From Armatimonadota bacterium (lineage in GTDB: Bacteria > Armatimonadota > UBA5829 > DTLH01), in the NCBI GenBank assembly GCA_038207085.1, contig JBBRAE010000003.1, positions 64,001 to 128,000 of the forward strand: DNA of 64,000 bases. The letters run 5' to 3'. The position numbers and the translations under genes were made by a program. Below, piece by piece: positions 28,810-38,400 of this stretch (position 1 is its first letter; every line of letters begins with the position of its first letter). The notes beneath the pieces are model-generated. The model had not been told where the DNA came from. It saw nothing but the letters and a program-made list of their open reading frames with translations, and did no database searches.

Positions 28810-29729
28810 GATAAAAACCTTTCATTTGTGAGATGCGCGACGGCAACGCCTGCGCCCATCTGTGGTAAACGAAACTCTGCCATTGGAAACTCAGCACGCA
28901 CTACCCGCTCAAGCGTCTCGGTGATAAACGCGCCCGCGCTGAACACCCCGCCGGAATAGGCGACGACAAACTGATCGTCAGCAGAGAACACTCTGCGGGC
29001 TATGTGAAGCGTGTCCTCACCCAGGCTCTTCCCGGCATCTGCGAGGATCCTAAGGGCGACGGAGTCGCCATCCACTGCGGCCTGTCCGACCACCCTCGCA
29101 AGCCCTGCGATCTCTCGCTGACGAAGCGACGGCTGGCAGTATTTGGAAAGAATATGCCAAAAATATGTGCTGCCGGTCTGTTCAAGAAGTCGCTCAACGA
29201 GAACCGTCTTCGGCCCTCTGCCGTCGTGCGCTCTGCCTGCGGCCTTGATCGCATTCAATCCTATATCAAAGGCGCTTCCCTCGTCGCCGACCCCCGCGCC
29301 CCAACCGCCGAGATTGTCACACTCGCGCTGACCGTCGAAGTATCTGAACCCGGAGCCGGTGCCCGAGATCACGGCTATTCCGCGCATGCCCCATGCGCCG
29401 ACCCGACGAAATGCAACCATAGTCTCGCTGAACGTGTAATACGGCCCGCTGTAGCCCTGTTCGGCGAGGATCGCCTTCATCTTATGCCATCCGTGGTGAA
29501 GGCAGCTGCCCACTGCTGCGACCTCATCGAAACACGAACAACTGCTGCATACCCCTGCAAATGCATCGTGAACAGACTGATTTGCGACATCCGCCCCGGC
29601 ATAGGTGGCGTTCACTGAGCCGCCGATCCCTGTCCCGACTATGTTGCGCTCACTGTCGAGCAGCACTGCCTCGGTTTTGGTCCCACCGCCGTCTATTCCA
29701 ATTACGTAAAACTTATTTTGTGCGTCCAT
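28806..29729 (-). CDS. BadF/BadG family sugar (GlcNAc-type) kinase
   Basis: GIDGGGTKT, ISGTGS, GGWGAGVGDEGSA. Confidence 0.88.
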   Translation of the reverse strand: MDAQNKFYVIGIDGGGTKTEAVLLDSERNIVGTGIGGSVNATYAGADVANQSVHDAFAGVCSSCSCFDEVAAVGSCLHHGWHKMKAILAEQGYSGPYYTFSETMVAFRRVGAWGMRGIAVISGTGSGFRYFDGQRECDNLGGWGAGVGDEGSAFDIGLNAIKAAGRAHDGRGPKTVLVERLLEQTGSTYFWHILSKYCQPSLRQREIAGLARVVGQAAVDGDSVALRILADAGKSLGEDTLHIARRVFSADDQFVVAYSGGVFSAGAFITETLERVVRAEFPMAEFRLPQMGAGVAVAHLTNERFLS

Positions 29730-29840
29730 AGTATAACCCAATCTTCAGTTGTAACAGACAGGGTTAACGTAACTCATATCGGGTATGGATGTCAAGGCAA
29801 AATGGTGGGTTCGGAAAAATTGGTCACAAAATGTGAGATA

Positions 29841-29888
29841 CCCCTCACCCCGGCCTTCTCCCTCTTATGGGAAAGCTGGTATGAGGGG
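29841..29888. repeat. cccctcac palindromic repeat, copy 2
   Basis: cccctcaccccggccttctcc...gggaaagctggtatgagggg. Confidence 0.7.
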
Positions 29889-29893
29889 TGTTA

Positions 29894-31024
29894 TCATGCA
29901 GACTCTGCTTCGCGCCGGTTTACCTGGACCATTTTGGAGATCATCCAGGCGACCACGGCGACGCCAAAGACGAAGATCAGCAGGAAAGTGATGAGCACGC
30001 TCCACTGAACGCTCACAGGTCGTGCTGCAAGGTCCGTAAAGCGTCCGAGCTCGATGTTCTGCACCCACTGGCGGCTGATGGCGTTTAAGGCGATCACGCC
30101 GAACTGAGCGACCCCCAGAAGCGCCGCAAGAGCCCGCTTGGGCTGCTTCCACTGAAATAGAATCAAGAGCCACGGCAGACCGGGCGATACGGCTGTAAGC
30201 AGGAAGACGAACTTCATCACCGGGTGCGCCATAGCCATCCCCCACTCCACCGAGCGAGTGCCGAAGATATACCAGCTGCCAAAACCCGCGAACCAAAGCA
30301 GGCCGAGAGTGTAGAGGCCAAAGGCGAACCTACCGGCGTAGCGTTTGTAATCGTCGCCGTCACGATCAGACATGAAAGCTGCATCGATTGCGATAAACGC
30401 CGCCGTCGAGGTCAGGGCAAGCCCGAACATGAAGAGCCAGCGCGGGATTAGAGTCGGGTCGCCTGTATTCAAGGCAGCTCCGGTCGCCGCGCCCGCAGTC
30501 TCGGCTCCACGGAAGATGCTCCACCAGCCGCCGACGTTGGTCATCAGGCTGAGCGCGTTTGCAAAGATGAAGCCTACCACAATAAAGGCAAACGCCGCGA
30601 ACCATCCGCCAAGTTTCCCGAGCAGCACCGGTCCGCGATCATAGATCGCCAGGCGGTAGAGATACGCGCCGAAGTAGGCAACCGTCACAAGCCAGAACAC
30701 GGCAAACCACGGCCACGCCATAAGAATCGTCGCAGGGTAGAAGAACTGGTGATATGCAACCTGCACGAAAAGCAGCGGGATGATCCCGAAGTTCACGCCA
30801 AAGGCGATCGCGAACGGAAGCGCGCGGGCGATGTGCTTGCCGACGGTGCGACCGTTGTCTTTACCTAGCACGCCAAGAAGAACGGCGACAATCGTGCCTG
30901 CGTACCAGAGGTTCATCGGCCACACGTGAAGCGCAAAGCCCAGCACCTTGAAAAGTTCAATGAACCAGAACGGTGTCGGATATGGCGCGGCGCTCGGAGG
31001 CGCAATAAGCAGTCTTGGGTCCAT
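29894..31024 (-). CDS. Multi-TM partner subunit of bd-type oxidase (divergent CydA-like)
   Basis: About 9 TM helices; HVWPMN, GVNFGIIPLLFVQV; TAATG coupling to the upstream gene. Confidence 0.65.
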   Translation of the reverse strand: MDPRLLIAPPSAAPYPTPFWFIELFKVLGFALHVWPMNLWYAGTIVAVLLGVLGKDNGRTVGKHIARALPFAIAFGVNFGIIPLLFVQVAYHQFFYPATILMAWPWFAVFWLVTVAYFGAYLYRLAIYDRGPVLLGKLGGWFAAFAFIVVGFIFANALSLMTNVGGWWSIFRGAETAGAATGAALNTGDPTLIPRWLFMFGLALTSTAAFIAIDAAFMSDRDGDDYKRYAGRFAFGLYTLGLLWFAGFGSWYIFGTRSVEWGMAMAHPVMKFVFLLTAVSPGLPWLLILFQWKQPKRALAALLGVAQFGVIALNAISRQWVQNIELGRFTDLAARPVSVQWSVLITFLLIFVFGVAVVAWMISKMVQVNRREAESA

Positions 31025-32412
31025 TATCTAGCTCCCTCCTGCACCAACGCGGGATGAAGATTCGGCGGGTATGGATGGCGAATCGACATAATATAGTCCG
31101 AAAGCACCTCCGCCTCCTCCGGTGTCCCCGACCACGGCGGCATAAAGAAATGAACCTTGTCCAGGTTCTTTACGCTCATCAGGACAAGCTCCCTGTTCCA
31201 TCCACGGGCAAGCTGAGAGACCGATGAGAAGCCCTCGACTGAGTGACAGTCGCCACAGTGATATTGGAATATCACCCGTCCCACCTCCGCGCGCTTATCG
31301 GGAGAGAGTGTGAGAAGCTTCGCCGAGTCGATTTTGCCGTCCGTAACGGTCTCTGGGTATTTGTCGGCCACGTAGGCATGCGTCCAGCGTCCGCCTTCGA
31401 GATACCCCGTCTTGCGAAGCTCGGGGATCTCCTGGGGCCTGATCTGGCTTCCAAGGACGCGACCGTAGACGATGTAGGGCTTTCTCACGCCCTCACGGAT
31501 GAACTCACCCGCGCCGGTCGCCGCAAGGCCGAGCCCAAAGAACAGAATCGCAAAGCCGGGGTTGAGCCACGCGGGGTTCCTGATCGGGCCAAGATACATC
31601 ATCACGACAACACCTGTGGTGAGCGCAAATATGATCATCATCAGGATGTTTAGCACCGCCGCGCCGACAAGCGCAGCGTTGCCGCTCGGCGGAAGGAATG
31701 CAAGCCATGCGAAGCCGCCGACGATCGTAAGCGCCGCCCCGAGCATCGCCCACTTCGCGCTCTGCTTGCCGACACGCTCGCGCAGCCGGTCGTTGTCCTT
31801 GATGCGAAGAGTCGAGTGAAGGAAAAAGTAGAGCGCGCCGAGCAGGAGCGACCCGCCGGTCCGTGAGGCGATCTGGGGAAACGCCTGAGGGTTCATCCAC
31901 GCCTTCCAGAAGCTCTGACCGTCCTGCCACGTGCCGGGGTTCAGCTGAAACGCGGTGATCCCGGTGATAATGACAAGGCTTGCAAACGCCGCACCGGCAT
32001 AGATCCATCCCATCTGTATATGGGTCCTCGCGGCGAGCCTTCCCCAGTAGTAGAAGAAGACGAAGATCGATACGAGCTCAAGCAAGAATGTGACGTACTC
32101 CATGGCCCAACCGAGGGCGAATATACGGATCAGGTCCTCGGTGGCAAGGGGAGAGGCAAGCCCGATCGTCCACCAGATTCCAACCCCAAAGAGCGAGCCG
32201 TAGATGACGGTGATGAGTAAGAAGAACCACGTGTGGCCACGCAAATAGTCAAGCAGTTCGACATCGTTATTACGGTAAGCAAGCGTGGTCTGCGCAGCGA
32301 TGAGGATAGAGCCGCCGACAGCGTACATAGCTGTGTAGATATGAAGAACCGCCACAACCGCGATCCACATCGGCGAAGTCAACCCGGGAACATACCAAAA
32401 TGGATAGTGCAT
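31024..32412 (-). CDS. Cytochrome bd subunit I-like protein fused to a c-type cytochrome
   Basis: AVLHIY, GVGIW, WAMEYVTFLLE, EFIREGVRKPY; CGDCH and FMPPW. Confidence 0.85.
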   Translation of the reverse strand: MHYPFWYVPGLTSPMWIAVVAVLHIYTAMYAVGGSILIAAQTTLAYRNNDVELLDYLRGHTWFFLLITVIYGSLFGVGIWWTIGLASPLATEDLIRIFALGWAMEYVTFLLELVSIFVFFYYWGRLAARTHIQMGWIYAGAAFASLVIITGITAFQLNPGTWQDGQSFWKAWMNPQAFPQIASRTGGSLLLGALYFFLHSTLRIKDNDRLRERVGKQSAKWAMLGAALTIVGGFAWLAFLPPSGNAALVGAAVLNILMMIIFALTTGVVVMMYLGPIRNPAWLNPGFAILFFGLGLAATGAGEFIREGVRKPYIVYGRVLGSQIRPQEIPELRKTGYLEGGRWTHAYVADKYPETVTDGKIDSAKLLTLSPDKRAEVGRVIFQYHCGDCHSVEGFSSVSQLARGWNRELVLMSVKNLDKVHFFMPPWSGTPEEAEVLSDYIMSIRHPYPPNLHPALVQEGAR

Positions 32413-32469
32413 GGTGTAAGACACATACCTCCCTGCCCTGACCACTGCCAGGGGATTTACTGCAGAGCT

Positions 32470-32496
32470 ATACCCACTTGAAACTCATCAATAAAC
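32470..32496 (-). promoter_or_regulatory. SigB/SigF-like promoter containing an FNR/CRP-like box
   Basis: GTTT-N17-GGGTAT; TTGAT-gagt-TTCAA at 32491-32478. Confidence 0.5.
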
Positions 32497-32506
32497 AAGG
32501 GAGAGA

Positions 32507-34504
32507 TCAGAACCGCGCCGCCGAAAACTCCACCCGGAACTTCTTCTTGGACTTGGACCACACAACAGCGGCCTCGTGCCCGGAGATCGACTTGCCAAGC
32601 GCGATTTCGGTTTCGGAGTAGCTGGACTCATCGAACCGCTGGAGCGTCTCGATTAGACTCAGCCTCCAGCTTGGAGTGAGCTTGTAGGAGATATCTGCGA
32701 AGCTGCTCGTGTTGACTTTGTCGAGTGTGTATGTCCCGTTGATGTTTGCCTGCCAGCGGTTGGACGGGGTGTAGTACACAGCTCCACTGAGTCTGTGCCG
32801 CCCGTAGAGCCCCTGGTCGCCAACGTCGCTCGTAAACGAGTAGGAAAGCCCGACGCCACCCTTTTGCCCAAGGTTGTGCATAAGCGAAGCAGTGCCAAGG
32901 ACCGAGAGCCCACTGTTGCGACTCCCCCATGAGTCACCGACTGTAAGCGAGGTATTGAGGCCGGTGTTCTTCGCGAGTTCAATGCGCTTTCCAGTCAACT
33001 GCATCTGAAGCTTGCTGCCTGATGTTGCGGTATCCTTGTTGATACCTGTCGCAAAGGCGGTTGTTGCTCGAAGAACGTAGTTCGCCGCGCCGCCCGCGAT
33101 AGGCTTTGAGTCGGTCTGAATAAAAAAGTCTGAGTTGGTGCCGAGTCCGGTCGCAGAGTTTGTGGGAGTGATTGCCCCGGATGTAGAAGTGCTGCTGGCC
33201 GCTTCAAACGTGCCGCGGTTCGCGCTAATGTTCGCGCCTACGTTGAGCCTGCCGACCGGCAGGGATATGCTGGTCGTCGCATAGGTGTTATCGAGCGATC
33301 GGAAATCGAGGAAGCTGTAGACTTGCCCTCCGTTTGCGAATTCCTGATTGTGGTGCCACTGAGCTCCCCAGTCGCCGCTCGTGATCAGGTTCAGGTTGAC
33401 CCCACCGTCCGCGCCGGACTCGCTTGTGTAGTCCTGCACCATGTCGAGCGACCAGCCCTGGTTCGCCGAGTAGTATCCCCAACCCGCCTGCTGACCGCGC
33501 CTGAGTCTGAGCGACCCGGTGCTGTTGGCCGTGAGCGAGTAGAAATACGGCAGGTCGAGCCTGATTCCGCTCGTTCCCCACCCTATGTAGCGCGACGTCT
33601 GGGAGTTGACCCCCGATAGCGGCACAACGTAAAGCGGCATCGAAAGCATCTTGTCGCCATCAACAAAGAACTTCGCGCGCCGGATGCGCAGGTCTTCGCC
33701 CGGTCGGTATATCATGCTCGACGCCAGAACGAGCATCGGAGTTTCGGACATATCAGCGAGGTCGAAATAGTTCGTCGGCACATACTCGTCGTTGGGCTCT
33801 GTGGCGAGGTCGCTTCCTCTGAAGGATACCTTGTGGACCTTGCCGTCTTCGCCGTCGACCATCGCCTGGCCCCGAGATTCGCTGAGCTTGTAGACGAGCA
33901 GACTTGCCCGGATGCTCTTATCACCTCGGCTGAGGACAATAGGCTCACCGCCTGAGGCCATCCGGCACTTAAGCGTCCCTGCACTGATGTCAATCTGGGC
34001 TTCGTCTGCCAAAAAGGCAAGGCCGCGATGGTTGATCTTCACCTTGCCAGCGCCGTAGATTATCTTGCGGTCCGAGTCGTAGGCAAGGTAGTCAGGGGAG
34101 GTTATGGTAACAAACGACTCGCGCGAAAGCGTCGTCCCGGGCTCAAGCATTTCTACCCTGAGTTTCCCGATCGCGCCGCCGTTGGTCACCCACGCGGTAA
34201 CGTTCGCTGTCCCGACAGTTGTGCCACTAGTCAGCCTGCCGCGTGCGACCCCTCTGACCGTCTCAACAGTCGATGGGATCGTCCCAAGGTCCGTGGAGAG
34301 AGTGACCAGAGTTCCATCCTCAACAGGATTCCCGGAGTTGTCGCGAATTACCACGCTGATCGTGGTGACGCTCTTGCCGTCAGCGATGATCGAGTTGGGG
34401 TTTGCGCTCAGTGTGACGCTCGTGGCGACGCCAGCCGCTACGGACATTGCAAGCGGCAACGCAACAAGGGCTATCACGAGGATGATGATCGAAGTGTTAC
34501 GCAT
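32507..34504 (-). CDS. Big_1/invasin-like Ig domain + LptD-like outer-membrane barrel protein
   Basis: Signal peptide; IIADGKS..VVIRDNSGNPVEDGT.V...TDLG; jellyroll-like middle; amphipathic strands ending VEFSAARF. Confidence 0.65.
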   Translation of the reverse strand: MRNTSIIILVIALVALPLAMSVAAGVATSVTLSANPNSIIADGKSVTTISVVIRDNSGNPVEDGTLVTLSTDLGTIPSTVETVRGVARGRLTSGTTVGTANVTAWVTNGGAIGKLRVEMLEPGTTLSRESFVTITSPDYLAYDSDRKIIYGAGKVKINHRGLAFLADEAQIDISAGTLKCRMASGGEPIVLSRGDKSIRASLLVYKLSESRGQAMVDGEDGKVHKVSFRGSDLATEPNDEYVPTNYFDLADMSETPMLVLASSMIYRPGEDLRIRRAKFFVDGDKMLSMPLYVVPLSGVNSQTSRYIGWGTSGIRLDLPYFYSLTANSTGSLRLRRGQQAGWGYYSANQGWSLDMVQDYTSESGADGGVNLNLITSGDWGAQWHHNQEFANGGQVYSFLDFRSLDNTYATTSISLPVGRLNVGANISANRGTFEAASSTSTSGAITPTNSATGLGTNSDFFIQTDSKPIAGGAANYVLRATTAFATGINKDTATSGSKLQMQLTGKRIELAKNTGLNTSLTVGDSWGSRNSGLSVLGTASLMHNLGQKGGVGLSYSFTSDVGDQGLYGRHRLSGAVYYTPSNRWQANINGTYTLDKVNTSSFADISYKLTPSWRLSLIETLQRFDESSYSETEIALGKSISGHEAAVVWSKSKKKFRVEFSAARF

Positions 34505-34510
34505 GAGTTA

Positions 34511-34539
34511 ATATTACGGCTCTTCAGGCGTGAAGTCAA
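34511..34539 (-). promoter_or_regulatory. Sigma70 promoter giving a leaderless mRNA
   Basis: TTGACT-17-TAATAT, then 6 nt to ATG; no SD. Confidence 0.65.
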
Positions 34540-34563
34540 TCGAGCAGGCGGGTATTAAATACA

Positions 34564-34597
34564 CATGCGGCGTGCGCCCGAAAGCACACGCCGCATG
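34564..34597 (-). terminator. Hairpin after the 261-aa gene
   Basis: catgcggcgtg / cacgccgcatg 11-bp stem. Confidence 0.55.
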
Positions 34598-34609
34598 CGA
34601 GTCTCATTA

Positions 34610-35395
34610 TTATGATCCTGGTGGGGGGGGAGGATTATCAATACCGCCACCGCTGCTGTCGCTTCCGCCACTCAGAGCGATTCCTGCTCCAACAGCCACA
34701 AGCAATCCAACGAGCCACGTGGTCTTCTTTGACTTCTTGTGAACCACGTTATTGGTGTTGGTGTTCAGCATCTGCATGTTGGTCTGGGTCGTCGCGGTGT
34801 TGGCGACAATCTTAGCAACCGCATCGCCACTTGCCTGAGAAACCCAGACAGAGGAGTCATCGGCCTTCGTGCTCGGTGCGCTCTGACCGGTTACAACGTC
34901 GGTCTTCACGATCTCACCCGTGCTGACGTTCACCAGAGAGGCAGACACCATAACGTCGGCCTTCTTGGTATCGTTGTCAGTCGTGATGTCGTCGATCGAG
35001 CCTACAAGCACGTAGTCCGCGGCAACCTCTCGCGCGATCTTGAGCGCAAGCTGGATCTGATCCTTCTCGGTGCCAAACGGGCCGGCAAGATCTTCCTTCT
35101 TGAGGGTCTTGTCGACCTGTGTAGCCCTGCGAATGGCAGGGAGTCTTTCGGTCAGTCCAAAGGCTGTCACGCCCTTGGCCGCACTCAGTCCGGACGCGAC
35201 GCTTGAAGCCATATCCCCACCGAGAGTGTCGATAGGGCAGTTCGCAGGAGTCGCGAACGGCAATACAATAATGGTCTGCTGGATATTAGCAGACTTGCCC
35301 GAAGCGGCGAAGGTTACCGCCGGCGCGATATACATCGAGACCAGCAGCATAACCGCCACGAAGCCCGCGAAGCGGGTCTTTCGGAACCTAAGCAT
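34610..35395 (-). CDS. Secreted CsgG/TolB-N-like fold protein with C-terminal hydrophobic segment and poly-Pro end
   Basis: IIVLPF, IAREVAADYVLVGSI, LVNVSTGEIV; SD AGGAG. Confidence 0.7.
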   Translation of the reverse strand: MLRFRKTRFAGFVAVMLLVSMYIAPAVTFAASGKSANIQQTIIVLPFATPANCPIDTLGGDMASSVASGLSAAKGVTAFGLTERLPAIRRATQVDKTLKKEDLAGPFGTEKDQIQLALKIAREVAADYVLVGSIDDITTDNDTKKADVMVSASLVNVSTGEIVKTDVVTGQSAPSTKADDSSVWVSQASGDAVAKIVANTATTQTNMQMLNTNTNNVVHKKSKKTTWLVGLLVAVGAGIALSGGSDSSGGGIDNPPPPPGS

Positions 35396-35480
35396 AAGTC
35401 AAGTTCTCCTTCATCGCGGAAATCGCGAAATCGGGCCGCCTACGCCCAATGGTTTCGGCGGCCCAGTAGTATGCTAGAGT

Positions 35481-38400
35481 TTACGGCGCGCTGAGAACCA
35501 GCGTGCAGTCCTTGTAAACCTTGATCCAGTGGCCACGCCACGGATCAATGGTTGTCCTGGCAGTCCCGGGTTGAACGAGTTTGTAACCGTTTGCCGGGTT
35601 GGCGGCTCCCGCCGCCGCATCCCACATCCAGACGTATCCGGCGATCCACTTGTCTGAACCACTGGCCGACGCCTGAGCAAACGTCTTGGTCACCCCAAGA
35701 CGGGTAACAGTCGCGCTTGCGAGGGATGTCGACTGCTGGTAAGGCGAGCCGATCATGTTCCATCCCGCGACAAGGTCTATTGCGCAATCCGCGTTCTGCG
35801 AGTAAAGATCACCGGTTGGTTTGAGCAACCGATAGAGTTTGCTAAAGTCCAGCACGTCGCCAGTTGACACCGGCGTCGGCGGATCACTCTGGTCTATTCC
35901 TTCGGCAGGATAGGAAGACTGTGGCTGAATCCACATAGCCATACCCGGCAGCATGGTCGGGAACCCGGCGGCCCCGTAGGTGCGATACATCTGCGCCGCA
36001 GGATCCCAGATGTTGATTCTCATCAGTCCGACTCTGGTGGCGCCCCACATAGTGACCGCGCTACCGTCGCCCGGAATAATCGGAGAAGACAACATATCGA
36101 TAACCGGAGTACTTATGTCCGGCTCATTCTTGTCGATGGTCGCGACGACTCTTCTGTCGCCCGCCGTAGTATCGCCTCCGGAACTACCCTGAATGGTGAT
36201 CTCAGGGTCATTCACCGATGTTGTCGACTCTCCCGGGAGTAATTCAGGCCACCGCACGGAGGATTCGATTCTGCCGTCTGAAGCCTCGAAGTGGAACGTG
36301 TAAGTTCCGGCAGGAAGCGACAGATTGCTCGCCGACACGGTAAACATGCGTCCGGTTATATAGCTGCCGTTATTGGCGGGCAGCATATCGGCCGAAAACG
36401 CTCCATTGTTGAATACGACCCGGATATATCCGAGCAGCCTGTTGTGGTATCCCGGGGAGTCCCCGTCCACGTCGCTATACTTGACGTTGAACTGGAACGG
36501 CCCTGCAGCAGACCCAAGCGTCGGCTCGACAATCGGGTTAACACCATGAAGCACCGGTTCGTGATTGGGGTTCTGCGGATCGCTCTCCACAGACACCGTC
36601 GGCCCGAACTGCTCGCCGCTTAACGGGTATCGCACCCATTCAGACATCACAGGCGCGGGGGTAAGCCAATCCGGAGACGTAAGGGTAGACGCCGCCTTGA
36701 AGTGGAACTGGTGCGACCCAAGCCCAAGCTGCGGCACGGTCACTGAGTAAGTGACGCCCGCGACATAGTTCTGCTGACTTGCATCAAGCTTGAACATCTT
36801 GACTGAGCCAACTGTAAACGTGCTGCCAACGGCTAGACCGTCTGCGGACAGATCGTCGGTCATAATCGACAGCGTGTTGGTCGTATTGTTCGAGATCAGG
36901 TAGATTCGTCCGTTAAGGACACCACTTGTGATCTGCATCAGCTTACCGGCGAACTGCCCGGCAGTAAAGTTACCCGATGCCACACGAATGCCCCGATATT
37001 TGCCCATGTCAATGGGATCGGGTATCAGTGACTCAACTGTACCAGTCTTCTCCGTCTCTGCGCTGTTATCGACAAAGACCTTCGGGGTGCCAGCGTACGG
37101 AGCGTCGTTGTCCGGGTCTTTGTAGGTCACCTTGTAGGTCACCGAATCATAGACCGAGATAGCGCCGAGCACGTCGGGCTCGAGAAGTCCGTTCTCAAGA
37201 ATCGGCGGATCATTGACCCACGGCCCCTTGATAGGTTCGATCGCGGCGGTTGCCACATTGCTGTCAGCGACAACCATCGTGTAACCGTCGCTCGCCTCAA
37301 AGTAGTAGTTGTGTGAACCACTTGTGAGGTCCTTGGTCTTATACTCGTATGTCACTCCGGCTCTGTAGGAAGGAGTGCCCTGATTGATCGCATTCATATC
37401 ATAGGGGAAACCGTCGATGATAACCCGGACATAAAACGGAGCCTGTCCGTTTGGTCCGTCGGTATCTTTATATGTGACGGTGTAAATGAACTCATCTTCC
37501 GAGTCCCCGGTAAGTGGGGTGAGCCCCGGACTTGTGAGCGTCGGCGCGGTGTTCAGACCGATCGGCCCGATTGTTCCCTGACCAGCAGAATCCATAAGAC
37601 TACGGCTGGTGAAGAAGTAATCGGTGAGGAACACGTCCTCAGGGTCTTGCACCCGAACAAACGAGAACGTTCCCGTCCAGCGGTCGAGCGTGTAGTCGCC
37701 TTCGTACGCGTCTCCGTGTCTATACTTGATATAGACGCGTCCCGCGCCGTAGGGCAGCTCGCGCTGTAGGATTATGACATCGTAGATTCCGAGCGAGTAG
37801 TCATAGCCTGGCTGGTATCCGCCGGGTGTCCCGTCCTCAGCGAGGAAGTAGTTTGTGCCGGAGAGGTCTTCGTTTAGATAGACTCCAAGCACACCCGATA
37901 TACTTGGCTGGAACGCCGGATCCACCTCGTCGACTCGATACACTACAGTCGGCAGGTAATAGTTGCCTGTGCAGACATAGTCGTCTATGCGGCTGACGAT
38001 CTCGGCGTTAGCCTCGTCGCCCTTGGGCCAGCGGTACACGATCGGGTCGATCAGCGCGCCGGTCCTGACAGGCTCCTTAGCAAGCGTTCCGACGATCGGG
38101 AACTTGCTGGAATGGTAGACCTGCGGCAGGAGTGGATCGGTAGGTATAAGCGGATCCTGCATCATACATCCAGCAGACTCCGACCTCTTTTCGATGTTCG
38201 GCTCGTCCGCAGGAACGTATGTAGCCATATTCGCGCCGTCCGTAGCGACGAACGAGTATACGTAAGTGCCCGGATCGTAAGTGTCAGTATCAGGCCCCTG
38301 CGGCTCGGTCGCCGTAAGAGCTCTTTCAACATCAAGGATGCCGTGACCGTAGGCTACCGGCACCAGGTTTCCGGATTTCGGAACCCGCGCGCCCCACAGC

